DNA of 63,116 nucleotides, counting the filler, from Rhabdomonas costata (lineage: Eukaryota): the NCBI GenBank assembly GCA_019059605.1. It is 38 parts of 38 records of this genome, joined end to end, with 100 filler letters (N's around TTAATTAATTAA, not from the genome) between each part and the next. Parts side by side here need not be neighbours in the genome. Positions count along the whole stretch, not along the records: positions 34,949 to 36,516 come from JAHMHO010012996.1; positions 36,617 to 38,180 come from JAHMHO010012997.1; positions 38,281 to 39,843 come from JAHMHO010012998.1; positions 39,944 to 41,506 come from JAHMHO010012999.1; positions 41,607 to 43,169 come from JAHMHO010013000.1; positions 43,270 to 44,832 come from JAHMHO010013001.1; positions 44,933 to 46,495 come from JAHMHO010013002.1; positions 46,596 to 48,158 come from JAHMHO010013003.1; 30 more parts are not named here. The stretch is one strand, 5' to 3'. Below the pieces are notes generated by a model, which searched no databases, was not told the origin of the DNA, and was given only the letters and a program-made list of their open reading frames with translations. The position numbers and the translations under genes were made by a program. Positions 35,915 through 48,600 of the stretch are shown here, one piece after another (position 1 is the stretch's first letter; each line of letters starts with the position of its first letter).

Positions 35915-36223
35915 GCCCACTCATTGGGGACCGCAATCGACCTTTTTCACCCGGGGATATTTGCATTAAGCAGCTTTGTGATGGCCTGGTTCAAGAGGGG
36001 AGGGCTTATGTGGGGAAAGTTGGTCACGCGAAGTGGTCCAAACTGCGGGCGGAGCACCTGCTGAAAAGTGAGCCCACACACGCCAACTTTTGGGCACGCC
36101 GTTCCACTCCGGAGCAGATTGCCAGTCGGTAAAAAGAGGTTTATCTCAGCGGTAACGATCAGCAACTGTATGACACGGCAGTGTACCTCTGCACGGTAGC
36201 GTCCTTCTAGTTTCGATCCGTGA

Positions 36224-36516
36224 ATGCAGCGCTTCGCAACCGAGATGCGCTTCCGAGAGCCCCTGCTTGAAGAGTCTCTGAGGATCCCAAGGCAGCTGCT
36301 TGGGGATTGTCATCCGAATTTAGCGACGAGTTTGAACAATTTGGCGGAGCTTTATCAAGCGCAGGGCAAGTTTTCGGTTGCGGAACCACTTTTTGACGAG
36401 TCACTTCAGATTCGCAGGCAGCAGCTTGGAAGTTCCCACCCCAACGTGGCGACCAATCTGAATAATCTTGCGGAGCTCTACCAGGCTCAAGGCAAACACT
36501 CAAGGGCCGGGGCGAT
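36224..36516 (+). CDS. Kinesin-light-chain-type TPR repeats (42-aa unit), runs off the contig
   Basis: EPLLEESLRIPRQLLGDCHPNLATSLNNLAELYQAQGK and EPLFDESLQIRRQQLGSSHPNVATNLNNLAELYQAQGK, with a 126-nt period. Confidence 0.9.
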
Positions 36517-36616
36517 NNNNNNNNNNNNNNNNNNNNNNNNNNNNNNNNNNNNNNNNNNNNTTAATTAATTAANNNNNNNNNNNNNNNNNNNNNNNNNNNN
36601 NNNNNNNNNNNNNNNN

Positions 36617-38180
36617 GGGTTGTGGGAAGATGTAGCTATTTGGGGATGCTGATGCTGGGTGCTATGAATGGGGTGTTGTTTTGGGTGTGCGGATGGGTGG
36701 TCGTGTTCTGTGAGTATGTGGTGGTGTTGATATGGGTGGAGTATGTGGTGTGGTGCTTTTGGGTTGGAGCTGGTGATTGCGGTGTAGGGTTCGGTGGATC
36801 TGGGTGGTGGTCTACGGCCTTGTGTTCTGGTGTCGGTGTCGGGTTCGGTCTCCTGCCTTCGTTGTATCCTGGTCTCCTTCGCTGTAATAGTTCCTGCTGC
36901 TGTGTCTTCGTGCTTCGTTGGTGCTGGTGTGGGCTTGCTGTGTTTCCTTGGTGCTTGGTTCTGTTGTGCTTGGTGTCCGTCGTTCGTAGTCAAGTTGCAT
37001 CTGGGAAAGTTGTCATTCTGTGGTGTGCTTCGGTTGGGAGGTGTGTTTCAGTGGTGGTGTGACTTTGTGTGTCTGCGTATCCTTTGAGCATGAATCTAGC
37101 CGGTCTGCCTTTCGATTGTCCCGGTTGTGTGGTATGTTGGGTTGGCCTTCCTGTTGATGTGGCATTCGTGCTTGGGGTGCTGCGTATCCTGGCGTTGGAT
37201 GGGGTGGGGTTGCTACTGGCTTGGAGTGGTTTTTGGTGTGCATGGTGGTGTGAGATGCGGGTTGGTTTGGGTATGCAATGAGGTTGGGTAGGTGCTTCGT
37301 GGTGTACTGTGTGCTTCCTTCGCTACTTGTGCTGTGTGTTTTGGTTGCACTCTTGGTGGGGTTGGTGCTTTCAACGCCATACCCTATCCCTACCACTATG
37401 CATGCCACTACCACAACACTACATACCATAACACTACATACCATAAAAATAACTAGAATCACCACCCCACACATCTCCTTGAACACTGCCCAGGGTGACC
37501 AGACGCACAATCGTCCACCACAGAGATACAGAGAACCACGAAACAACGCCAAGCAACAAGAGCAATAATTATACACGCGCGCGAGGAACCTAAGGGCCAG
37601 CATACCAGGAGACATACTTGGAAGTGCAAAGTCGGACAGGAAGGAACGTAGCACCGAACACGAAGGCCCAACAGCAGCTGCCGAGAGAGTAAAGAAGTTC
37701 AACACAACAAGTCCACCAAGCAAAACCGAGGCCAAATCAACCGCAGCACCAAACACACCAAGAAGAATAGCAAACCCAACCCACCCAGCACCAAATCATC
37801 ATCAGCACCACCTCGGACGACGCAACACTCCGAAAACGCAAGCAACCCGTGGCACAGACCCGCGACACGAACTCCGACTCACATTCTGGCCGATATCAAG
37901 GAATACACAAACCCTCAAGGACACCCAAGGACAGCAACACCACCACCAAAAAAGCAACACAATACCGCACCAAAGAAGCCTCACAAGACAGAAGACAGGA
38001 CACCACAGCCTACGCAACCCCGCAACCACTGACCACCTCTGACCCACAGCATAACAAAGCACCCCTAGCTCTAGCCACCTCAGCCCCATGCGTAGGTGTA
38101 GTAGAACCCTGACACGCCGAACCCTCCACCCCTACCCACCCTCTGACCCACAACCTAACATCGAACCCGTAACCCAACAA
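36617..38180. repeat. Low-complexity DNA with a G/T-rich half switching to a C/A-rich half
   Basis: G/T-skewed from 36617 to about 37370, and C/A-skewed from about 37372 to 38180. ORFs here are compositional artefacts. Confidence 0.75.
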
Positions 38181-38549
38181 NNNNNNNNNNNNNNNNNNNN
38201 NNNNNNNNNNNNNNNNNNNNNNNNTTAATTAATTAANNNNNNNNNNNNNNNNNNNNNNNNNNNNNNNNNNNNNNNNNNNNGGTTTGGTGTTGTGCGTGCA
38301 TGGGCAAATGATGTCTCGTGGTCGTTTTATTTTTGGATGCTTTTTGGGGGCTTATTTTTTATATTGCTTGTGATTCAAATATGTCTTTCCTCGTTTCCTT
38401 TATGCTTCGGGTCTTTTTGCTTTCAAGCTTTTATCCATCGCCTCGATTATCGGTCGCATTTTTCCCAACATTTTTTCTCCATACAAGTCACCGCTGTACT
38501 AGATTTTGCATTGTTTTCGCTGCAAGCTCATTTCCGCTCCAAAAAAAAG

Positions 38550-39593
38550 TTGGGACTCACGCTGGGCAACATCGCCGTTGGGGTGGCCCGGGCTCTGAAC
38601 CCGACCGTCACAGCTGCCCTGCTGGACGTGCTGCTGCCCGCACTGCTGCAGTGGGCCCAGCTCACGCCTGATCCGTCGGCCAAGCTGTGGGGTGTGGAGC
38701 TGACAGCGAGGATGCTTCACCACGCCGTGGTGCGTGCATGTTTTGTGGTGGTCTTGTAATTTGTAATGTGCTGCTGCATTTTGAACGCACGCACCCTTTA
38801 TAGCTCCTGTGAGTGCTCTCCATTGCTGACAGGAACGACGATGTGTATGTTTCCGGAGCACCGCACTTAACAACAGTCGGGTTAACAGAAAGCAAAGGCC
38901 TGAAACAAGAGAGGAAGGGTTGCCAGGAACCACTTCACATCAGATTTCAATTATCGTTCTTTTAGGCGATTGAACATTTAGCTTGGGTTTGAATTAATGC
39001 TACCTGTACATTTCTGGCTCATGTGCAACGACCCGTTTCTTTTTTATAATGGCGTGAGTGAGTAGCAATTTGAAAAAGGAGCCCATTCCCACGCTCCAGC
39101 TCCGTGTGATATATGCTTCTTTGATGGGCTGTAGTGTGTGAATTCGGCATCCTGGCTCCAATGGAACGCTGCTTCTTTGTGCGCAGGTGTCCTTCGCTGT
39201 GTCTGCGGAGACAGCGCGAGAGCAGCTATGCCACTATCTGCGAAAGGTGAGGCATGTTGCTGGTGACAAGTCTTCTGCACTATTCATCGGTGAATAATTG
39301 CAAACGGGCTGTGTTTATTGGCTCTTCTCAAACGGGTCCCAGCATCGCTGGTCAATGGATGAGAGCTTGAAGCGGGAGCTCTGGCTTGTTGCGAACACAT
39401 TTCCGCCCCGTCCTTCTTCCAAGTTTGTCGTTCTCGCTCACGCTGCATTTTTGTGTAGATGTGGGATACCTGTGTGATTTTTCCACGGTCAGGTTGCTTT
39501 CTCAGTGATCGGGCAGGTGCACGATGCACTTGCTCGGGATGAGGGTGATCCGGAGCTAGACTACTCGCTGTATCTCTGCGAGCTCCTCTTGCG
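38550..39593 (+). CDS. Unknown alpha-helical (HEAT-like) protein, internal exons
   Basis: GC-rich exons with AG/GT bounds at 38550-38729, 39187-39246 and 39517-39593, with compatible phases: LGLTLGNIAVGVARAL...LLDVLLPALLQWAQ.../VSFAVSAETAREQLCHYLRK/VHDALARDEGDPELDYSLYLCELLL. Confidence 0.55.
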
Positions 39594-41663
39594 GTGTGCG
39601 TGCCTATGAGTTATTCCATGGAGAGAGTGGGAATTTTCTAACTGAAAGAGCACAGGGAACATAAAACGAGAGGGGAACTCACTTTCGCTGTATCTCCGCT
39701 CGTTCTATTTCCTTGATTCCGGACAAGAAGAGAGCCGTTGCCAGAGAAAGGGGGGTGTACACCAACCAAGAGAAGCCCGGGAGGTTACGGGAACTTTTCA
39801 TTGTGTCGACTGAAGCTCCGGTCCGCAGGTGCGCAACACCACANNNNNNNNNNNNNNNNNNNNNNNNNNNNNNNNNNNNNNNNNNNNTTAATTAATTAAN
39901 NNNNNNNNNNNNNNNNNNNNNNNNNNNNNNNNNNNNNNNNNNNCAGGTCCGGTGTTGTACATCCTCTTTCTCACGTGCCCTTAGAAGCGTGTGCATCGTC
40001 TCTGTGGTTGCTGGAACACCCCACAACCATCACCCGCACGCTTGCCATTCCTTCACCAGCACCGCCCGCCACATCGATGGACGCACTTGCACACCCTCTC
40101 TCTTGCTCTCAGCTCTTTGATGCCTCTATTTCTTCGTGTCTCTCTCTCCTCTTTCCGCTTTCAGCTTCTGGTTTCCTCGTGAATGCCGTTCCTGTAGAGG
40201 TTTTCTTAGCCCTTAGGCTGTTCAGTGGGTCCCCTTTGTCATCTGTTCTGCTACTTCCTCTTGCTTCTTCTCTGTAATTTATTCTTTCTGGCTCGTGTGC
40301 TTGGGCAGGTGCGCTGTACCGAACTTAACACCCACAGTGAGCACGTTTTACTCCATTAATTTCTCGATCGCAACCTGCGGCTGGAAGAATGGGCCCACGG
40401 ACGGTGTCTGTTGGTTTTGGGATTAAATTCCAAATAATTATTTGTGCAGATTATTATTTGCTAAGAAAAAAGGAAACAAAAAACGGATAATAGTAGTTTG
40501 AATTGGGGGGAGGGGTTGCTAAACGTGTAACGTCGTTAAGCGTTTCGGGACTTTGTGAACTGTTAGGGGCTGCATTATTTTAAGGACGGATGCCAGTCCG
40601 CGGTGCTGACGGAGCGGACAGATGAGCTGATGTCTTCAGGTGGGGGATCATGTAAAAATTGTCGTTCGGATATTTACTGATAACACGACAAACAGCAAAA
40701 ATTGGTATGTTTTGGTGAAGTTTATTTGCAAGCACAGGGGATTAGTTGAACTGTACTGCCACGAGATGATGTTTTTATCCCTGAAGAGTGCAGGTAGAGT
40801 GTCTCCCCCCCCCCAGATGAATATTTTTTGCTTAAAATTTTTTAAACGTTTACCGCCCCCTCCCCACCCCCAACTCATACAACTGCAATTAAAGATGCTT
40901 TCTCTTGTTTCTGTGCTCCTTCATGGGAGTTGCCATGCATGCCGAGCATTGCCTTATCAGCACCCAAGCAGAGGACCTTGCTTGCGGCTGTAATGCGCAC
41001 ATGCGAGATCGGTCCACTTGTTCCCCTTGTTTCACCATCTTTTGTTGTGTTGTGGTACATGCGAAACCGCAACACCGCACTTCAAGCTAGCTGGGGCATT
41101 TCATGCTTTTAGTTCTTTTGCCAACCTCAACCCACGCTCGATACATGTCTCTCGCAATCAGTTGGGGATAACTTTTTGTTAGGGGGCTGCGTCGAAGCGC
41201 AGCGGCAGCAGTTAGCAGAGTCCACCCCGAAAGGAACCCGACCGATGGGAGAGCTCATAGCTCGACAGGCTCGAACACACTAGACAGGTGGGAGGCGATG
41301 TCAAAAGTTTGTGTGCACCCAAAGACAAGAATTTCACTGCTGGAGGTTGGAAAAAATAAAGAAGGGCGATAAATAAACCTCAAAGATTGCGGTTGACCAG
41401 GATCTGCAAGAACCTGTGGCTTTGTACCCGCTGCCCCACATCACGACCACCATTACACCTGAACTGGACATAGTTACCGTCTATCGTTTAAGTCAACACA
41501 ACCCCCNNNNNNNNNNNNNNNNNNNNNNNNNNNNNNNNNNNNNNNNNNNNTTAATTAATTAANNNNNNNNNNNNNNNNNNNNNNNNNNNNNNNNNNNNNN
41601 NNNNNNGTGTTGGTGTGTTGTGGTTTGTGGTTGTGTGCGTTTTCGTGATGGTGACTTTTCCAG

Positions 41664-42732
41664 GAACGGTGAGTGAAGGCTTTCGGACCTTCGTGGGGTA
41701 CAGCGGGGGCGAGGGCAGCATTTTCGTCAACGGTGTCCAGCCTGGGCAGAAGGTGATTGTAGTGGATGACATGCTCTCCAGCGGAGGCACCTGTGAGGCC
41801 CTGTGCCAGTGCGTGGTGCGGCGGGGCGGGGTTCTGGTTGCTGCAGTGTTTGCCTCGGAGAAGGTCAGACTCCTCCCCCCCCCCCTGAGATTTTATCGCC
41901 CATAATACCGAAAAAGAATCCTGAGGAGAGCGCCAGAGCCAGTGAGCAGCTTAAAACGAGCTGGTCAGGAAGAGCAACCCCGAAGCCCCGCGACGAGCAG
42001 AGTGAATCCAGAGGCAGTGGCTGAGAACGCCAGAGGCCATTTGGACCCGCACTCAGAAGTTAACCCAAGTGTCATTATAGAACAATTGGGATGTCCAACA
42101 AGCAGCAGCGACACTGGGCACTGCCTTCTTTACTTCTGCATAACAACAACAATTATCCCGAATATGGCACCAGAATGGCAAAGGAACAGGGAACGAAGCC
42201 ATTTTCATCACATGCCGCTTAGCACTGCTGAACGTGAACGTTCAGTATTCTGTTAGTGTTTGTGTGTGTTTGGTTGTTGGTTGTGTGTGTGTGGCAAGAT
42301 TTACCACAGCCCCTTGGTGCTCATCGTATGCATCGCAGATAAATCGCGAAGGAAATATTGTGAGCCCGATGAGCCAGTGCCGCCACTCAGGGAAGCGGCT
42401 CGCCGCCCAGGCATCGGGTGGCTTCGCCAAGCTTGGCGGTTTCATCCGGCCTCTGTGAGTCATACGAATGTCCCTAAATAGGCCATGGGGCAAGGGCTTT
42501 CGTGGAACCCGCGTGGCTCCTTTTGAATGACAATAGAGAAAGCGTGTGTGGGTGTCTGTGAAGACGAAGAGTTTGGAAACGCGGTTTTTGTTGTTGTCGG
42601 ATTTTCCTTTAGGTGAACCTCAAGGGCAGGCAGAGGCTGGCGAAGTCCTTCCCCAGCCTGCAGATTTTCTCCGTGTGCTACTTCAAGTCCGAGGGGAAGT
42701 ACACCGTGGAGGCCACCCCAGATTCGAAGTAG
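41664..42732 (+). CDS. Type I purine phosphoribosyltransferase, last two exons
   Basis: Exon 41664-41863 carries the PRPP-binding loop KVIVVDDMLSSGGT. Exon 42613-42732 reads VNLKGRQRLAKSFPSLQIFSVCYFKSEGKYTVEATPDSK* (phase-0 join, TAG stop). Confidence 0.88.
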
Positions 42733-43443
42733 CGCCCAAAGCAGTTTGTAACTGTCTGCCTTGTCGTGTGGAATGTATTTGAACTCCCCCGAGTCTTCAT
42801 TGGCATCCCTGTTCTATTATTGGTGGGTGCTTTGATTTTCGAAGGTGGCAACATAATTCAAAACCTGTCGAAAAACCCAAGAGCCTGAAATTAAACTGCT
42901 TTTAGCCCACCTCAGAGGCAGAACGTTTGGTACCCCGTGTGTTCGGGTACGCCTGCAGACGCGACGGTCCAAATTTAAAAACCTAAAAATTCAAGTAAAA
43001 ACCTATCCCCTTTGCCTCTGTATCCGTAATTTAAGAACGATTTGAGGCCTTCTTTGCAGGAATGGAGGGCGTTTGGGAGGGTTTCCCAAAAAGTGCTCAT
43101 TCCGCCGAAGACTTCTTGCTGGTTGCTTGGCGTCGGAACCGAAGCCAAGAGTAACATACCACCCACACCNNNNNNNNNNNNNNNNNNNNNNNNNNNNNNN
43201 NNNNNNNNNNNNNTTAATTAATTAANNNNNNNNNNNNNNNNNNNNNNNNNNNNNNNNNNNNNNNNNNNNGGGTGTTTTGTACTGTGTTATCGAAACCCTT
43301 CCTACCAAGTTTCATAAAGGACTTTCCCCGCGCTCAACGGGATGATGAGTCCAACAGCAGCACCCACAGTGAAACAAGAGAAAGAAGCCTAACACGCTTC
43401 CCAGTAGAACACTTCACAAAAAGTCACTCCCGCCCCTTCACAC

Positions 43444-44766
43444 CTTGAGTAGGAAGGGTTTCGATAACACAGTACAAAACGTCCCCATCGCTGTCGTTGT
43501 GGGGAAGCTGAAAGGAGATCGTCACCCCCGAGGGAGCAGACACTCTGGCACCATTGGCATTTGGGGGGTGATTGACCCGAAGCATGACTTGCCCCTGCGA
43601 CGCGAGAAAGAAAGACCCGTCCACAGACACACCCTCCAACGTTGCTCGGTCCACGTCAATTCCGAGCAAACGACAGAAACGAAATCCGGGGTAAACAGGG
43701 CGAAAATCCCGAAAAACTGAAAGGCAAGCCCAATGCCAAGATTGCATCCCACAGAACAAAATCGCAAATAATCCTGAGATGGTGACGTTTGCGCAAGCAA
43801 TATCCGTTGTCTTCGCAGTGTTTCGTTGGGAAAGCTTTGCTTTCTACTAAAATGAGATGGCATCTCCTTCTGGCTTTCCTTCGCTTTCATTTCCGACGGT
43901 GAAACCACACTCCAGCAGCCAATCGAATCATTCCGTTGCCAACATGAAGTAGTCCTCTGTTGAACGTCTGGGGACTTTGCGGTTCGATTAGGATAGCATT
44001 ATCGGCGGCGGCGGCCAAACCGCGTCCGCGGCGTGGAGGCGGGACGGATGAGCCAGAGGTCTCCGTACCACGAGGGGGGTCAGGCAAAAATCCAATTGTG
44101 GACCATTTGTGAAAGGTTGCTGAATTCTTACCGTTGATATACAACAAAATTTTCATTTGGAGAGGTTGCCGAGCACAGGTGTGAAAACACCTCAAGAGGT
44201 AAATTTCCCGTGTGGTATGTCAGTGAGACAGGCCGAAAATTCTTCCCCAGTGTGTCAAATATTAACCCCCCCCCCAAGGTTCGTTCAGTACAAACGTAAA
44301 AAGAAAGGAACAAAAATACCATACCATAGCAAAGCTGCCGTCATCCAGAATGCCGGTGTACGTGAACCCATCCTGCGTGAAGGTCTGCGAATGACTCTGG
44401 TACACCATAATTGTGTTCGCAGGAACAGTGGTGCCGCTGGCAACCAGCTGGCTGCCTCCAGCCTTCAGGATCCCTTGAGTGGGCAGCACTGTAACATTCA
44501 TGTCGAACGCCATCGTGACATCCACCGCACTGCTCGGGATGTAGCTCACCACGGTATAGGGCTGCTCCGTGTGGAAGATCGGCGCGGCGTTGGCGGCGTG
44601 CATGGGAAGGACCGGAGTCTCTCCACAGGGCGCATTCTGCAGGTAGGTGGAATCCACCAAGGACAGCGATATGTTTTGCGCGGAGAGAGCCAGCAGGCCA
44701 TCGGGGCTGTCCGTGGAGTCATCGAAGTGCCACTGCACTACCAGGTTGGGGGTGCGCTCACGGACT
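43444..44766 (-). CDS. Extracellular Ig/cadherin-like (Big_9/tandem-95-type) repeat protein, exons
   Basis: Exons 44766-44325 and 43594-43444 with a phase-0 join: ...VTVLPTQGIL...VY...DGFTYTG...FAM/GQVMLRVNHPPNA...DSDGDVLYCVIETLPTQG. The LPTQG, DxFTY, NxPP and DxDGDxL motifs fit this repeat family. Confidence 0.75.
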
Positions 44767-45469
44767 CTGCAAGTGCAGAAAAAATATGCACAGATGCACT
44801 AATTAATCCGCAGAAAGTGTTAGAACACCAAGNNNNNNNNNNNNNNNNNNNNNNNNNNNNNNNNNNNNNNNNNNNNTTAATTAATTAANNNNNNNNNNNN
44901 NNNNNNNNNNNNNNNNNNNNNNNNNNNNNNNNGGTTAAAAAGCCTTGAAAGGGCATTTTGGCGTCAAAAGGGGCTTCAAAAGGGGTGAAAATGAGGGAAC
45001 TTCGGCCGCTTGGGTATAGTGGTGTTTCGGCTGGTTGCAATAGCGGCAAACCGGGGGGAGGGGTCCCCCTTCCTCGAAGTATGTGTAATCCGTAATGGGA
45101 CAAGCATGCACCCTCGTTTCGTTACGGGACCCCTTAGCGCGGCGCGCGGCGCGCAGCGCCCTTACTTGCCTCATATTGGCGGGGGTTCGTGGAGTCGACC
45201 AAGACACTTCCGTTTGCTTGCGCAGTTTAGACGCACGGAATGAAAATGCCTCTCTCTATGTCTCTGGGAAGAGTGAGATGGTGTGTATCCACCCCAGACA
45301 TTTTTATACCCACGAGTAGTGTTTTCTGGCGCTGCAGTGGTGTGGGTACATCAGTTTCCAGCTGCGAACCCAGAATGCAACAGCTATTGACATACTGTGG
45401 TGATGTGCACAGTTGTATTTCAGTTGTCTTGTTCTAGTGTTTTCCCGCTTTCCCTTTTTTGTCTTTCAG

Positions 45470-45611
45470 TATTTGCAGTCAGGGACGGTTCTTCTGAAGC
45501 ACGGTCGCCAGGGGAAGCCGCACTATCGTAGGTTCTGGCTATCCGACGACCTCCGGCAGCTCTGCTGGACTGAGCCGGAAAACCCCAACCCGAAGCAAAA
45601 GTCGAGCTCCG
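45470..45611 (+). CDS. PH domain (PLC/Mcp5-type) exon
   Basis: tctttcag|YLQSGTVLLKHGRQGKPHYRRFWLSDDLRQLCW...|gt matches L..G..LLKxGRxGKPxxRxFxLS.D...LxW. Confidence 0.85.
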
Positions 45612-48600
45612 GTGTGTGTGTGAGTGAGTGAGTGAGTGAGAAATGGGAATGGCTGGAATAGACCGAGGAGCGAGAAAGGTAGAGAGTGAAGGACGAGGAT
45701 GGGAAACTGTGGAAATCACCACGGGCAAGAATGGGCGCAATGGACATTGGGAGAAAGAGAGAGAAAGGAGAACAACGGTGGCGGCGACAGCATTGGGAAC
45801 GGAAAAGGTGCAGCGGCATATGGAGCAATGCAGCAGAAATGGGTGGCGGCAAGTGAAGCAGAGATGGGTCAGATGCCGTGGAAGCTAAGCGACACTAAGC
45901 GGTGAGCAGGACCTGAGAAGGATGGTAAAGGAAAAGGGAAAGGCTGGAACCACAACCACCGCAATAGAAAAAAGGAAGCGTCGAGCCGGAATGTGCAGTG
46001 GAGCCAGGGAGGGGAGCAACTATGGCGACCAGACCAAGGAGGTGGGAAGGAGTCGAGATCGTGGAGTTTTACTTCTTTTTTCTTTTTTGTGTTTTATCTT
46101 TTCCCGTAACGAAACGTAGTGTAGTGTAGGGTTTAATACGAGGAAAACGGGAAAATGTCTGCCTGTGTGTGTGTGTGTGCGTCTTTGTGTAGACTTTTTT
46201 TTTGCGCGAAGTAGTCGGCGTTTCAAGCCTTCGTAGGGCCTTAAAGCCCAGGTTTGTGGGGGTGGGCTATCCGATGGAAAAGTTCCGGGGCAAAAATTCC
46301 ACAATTTTAACTTTTCGAACCTAATACCCGAATTTTGGGGCCCGCGGACATTGCCGAATTCTTTTTCTCAAAAAAAAAAACGCCAAAAATCGCGTTTTTG
46401 GACTATAGAACAAAGTAGACTTCGAGTCCAGTCCGGAAAAGGTGACCTATCCCCCCATTTTTGGGGTCGTAGAACACGAAAAACACCAACAAAACNNNNN
46501 NNNNNNNNNNNNNNNNNNNNNNNNNNNNNNNNNNNNNNNTTAATTAATTAANNNNNNNNNNNNNNNNNNNNNNNNNNNNNNNNNNNNNNNNNNNNGTGTT
46601 GGGTGTGGTTGGGTTGGTGTGTGGAACAGCGATGTTGGAGTTTTCCGCCGTGGATGGGCTGGTGGGGCTGTTACTAACGAGGATTCGACAGTCCAGATCG
46701 CGGCCGTTGTGGCAGAGTAAGCCTCCGCAACAGAAACGCGGGCCCCTTGACGCACAAAGGGGCACCGGGCCCTTATTCCAGGAATTTAGACACCGGGCCC
46801 CTGAGACAATACGACATCCGGATAAGGTGGCTTGGCATTCACTGGTTTGTTGAATGCGGCGTTCAAAAAATACAATCCAGGAGTACGCAGGATCCACATC
46901 AAATCAGACCGCCCCATACAAGCGTCAAAGGTGAAATGGCTGAAAAAGTTGCAGCCCCACCACGCAGGACTCAGTCCAAACTCCGGGGTTTGTGCAGGCT
47001 TCTGCTTGTGCTCCGTGGTTGATTCTATTGGCCTTCGCTTTCGTGTTCGGGTTCTGGCATTTGGTCTTTGGCATTCGGGTTTCGGTGGGCTGGCTTTATG
47101 TAGCTTTAGCAGAAGCCGGTCGTACGCAGTATGGCCGGCACGCGGTGAAGGAAATGCGGTGTAGGTTTGGGGCAAGCTTGAACGCAGGGACTGGTGGCGG
47201 TAATTACGTCTTGGCATTATTATAGGTCTTTAACCAATTCGGCTTCATGGGTTTTCATTGTACGTGTGTGTTTCTTCTTGCATGGTATGATATGGTATGG
47301 TATGGTATGGATGTGCGTATGGTAATGGTGTGTAAAGGTGGGAAGTGTTGGGGTCACGTTGGTGTCGCTTTTTTGTGTTGGTGGGATGTAGGCTATGAGC
47401 TTGTGTGCTATGGGTGGGTGGGGCGTTGGTGCGTGAGTTGGCTAGTGGCTTTGTGGGTGTGGTAGTGTGGAGTGTGGTGGTTGCTGTGGTACGGTCTGGC
47501 AGTCAACAATGCCGAAAACGTGTAGTAGAGTCCAGGGTTCCCTGCATTGTGGTACGTTGAGCATTCGATGGGTGGGTCGTTGGGTCGTGTGGACTTTGGT
47601 GTCGCTTCTCTGAGTTCGTGCCTTTGCCGTACTTGCTGTAGGCTATTCCGTCAGTTATAGGTAGTGATTCCGAGTTCCTATTGGGGTCTGTTGGGGTTCG
47701 GGTTCTGGCATTCGTTTCTGGGTTGGTGACTTCCGGTAGCGGTGCTTGTCGTCGTGGGTTTCGTCTTCTCTCTCGTGTGTACTTATTGGTTGTGCTCTCT
47801 GTTGTTGTTTCCAGTTGGTTGGTGTCCTCCGGTGCTTTTGGATTTCCGGGGCAGCAGGGCCAGGTGATTTATGCTAGGGTGGGTAGCAGTTGTAGGGGTA
47901 CCAGTGTACATTGTGAAAGAGGGTGGTTCATGGTGTGTGCTGACTCCCTGTGCTGGGCTGCTGCCTGTGTGGGCTCTGGTGGTGGAATTAGTTAAGATTG
48001 CTGTTGACCTGTGGCCATGGTGTTGGTGCTTGTGCTGTTAGCCTTTGCAATGGTGTCAGGTTGGTTGGAGTCAGGATAGGTTGGATCCACTTCTCGAGTC
48101 AAGTCCCTCTACTCTGCAAGCAGATCGAAACAGAAACTGAAGTACAATCCCAACAACANNNNNNNNNNNNNNNNNNNNNNNNNNNNNNNNNNNNNNNNNN
48201 NNTTAATTAATTAANNNNNNNNNNNNNNNNNNNNNNNNNNNNNNNNNNNNNNNNNNNNGGGTGTGTGGGGCACGGCTGGGAGCAATCCGCGAGCTTCCAG
48301 TTCTTCTGCGAAAACAGTGAAAACGAGTAAGATGAGTCAGTCGAAGAGTCGAAGGAGAGGACAGAAAGGAAGGAAACTGTCGCTCCCGCACTAAGTACAC
48401 ATTCACACGTAAAGAGAGAGAGAACGAGAGAGGCAAGAACACACTCAATGAATGGGAAAGGAGGAAAGAAATAGCAGGACGTTGTAGGCCCATCTAGCGA
48501 ATGGCTTGCAAAGCCACTGAAAGCGGAGAAGGTGACCAAACATTATTCGGCGCTCGAGCGTTTTTCGGAGTGGCAACTCGTCCGGCAAATCACTTGTGAG

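Noticed and set aside
36622-38112. Hydrophobic or Thr/His-rich ORFs as membrane proteins
   Set aside because: By-products of G/T and C/A low-complexity DNA.
45000-45110. Minus-strand CPITDY...CRYCNQPKHH zinc-finger-like peptide
   Set aside because: Short, antisense to the PH-domain gene, and with no exon boundaries or family identified.
46596-46970. Decayed LINE C-terminus (similar impressions at 10030-10267 and 50880-51420)
   Set aside because: No diagnostic RT, RNase H or endonuclease motif could be read.
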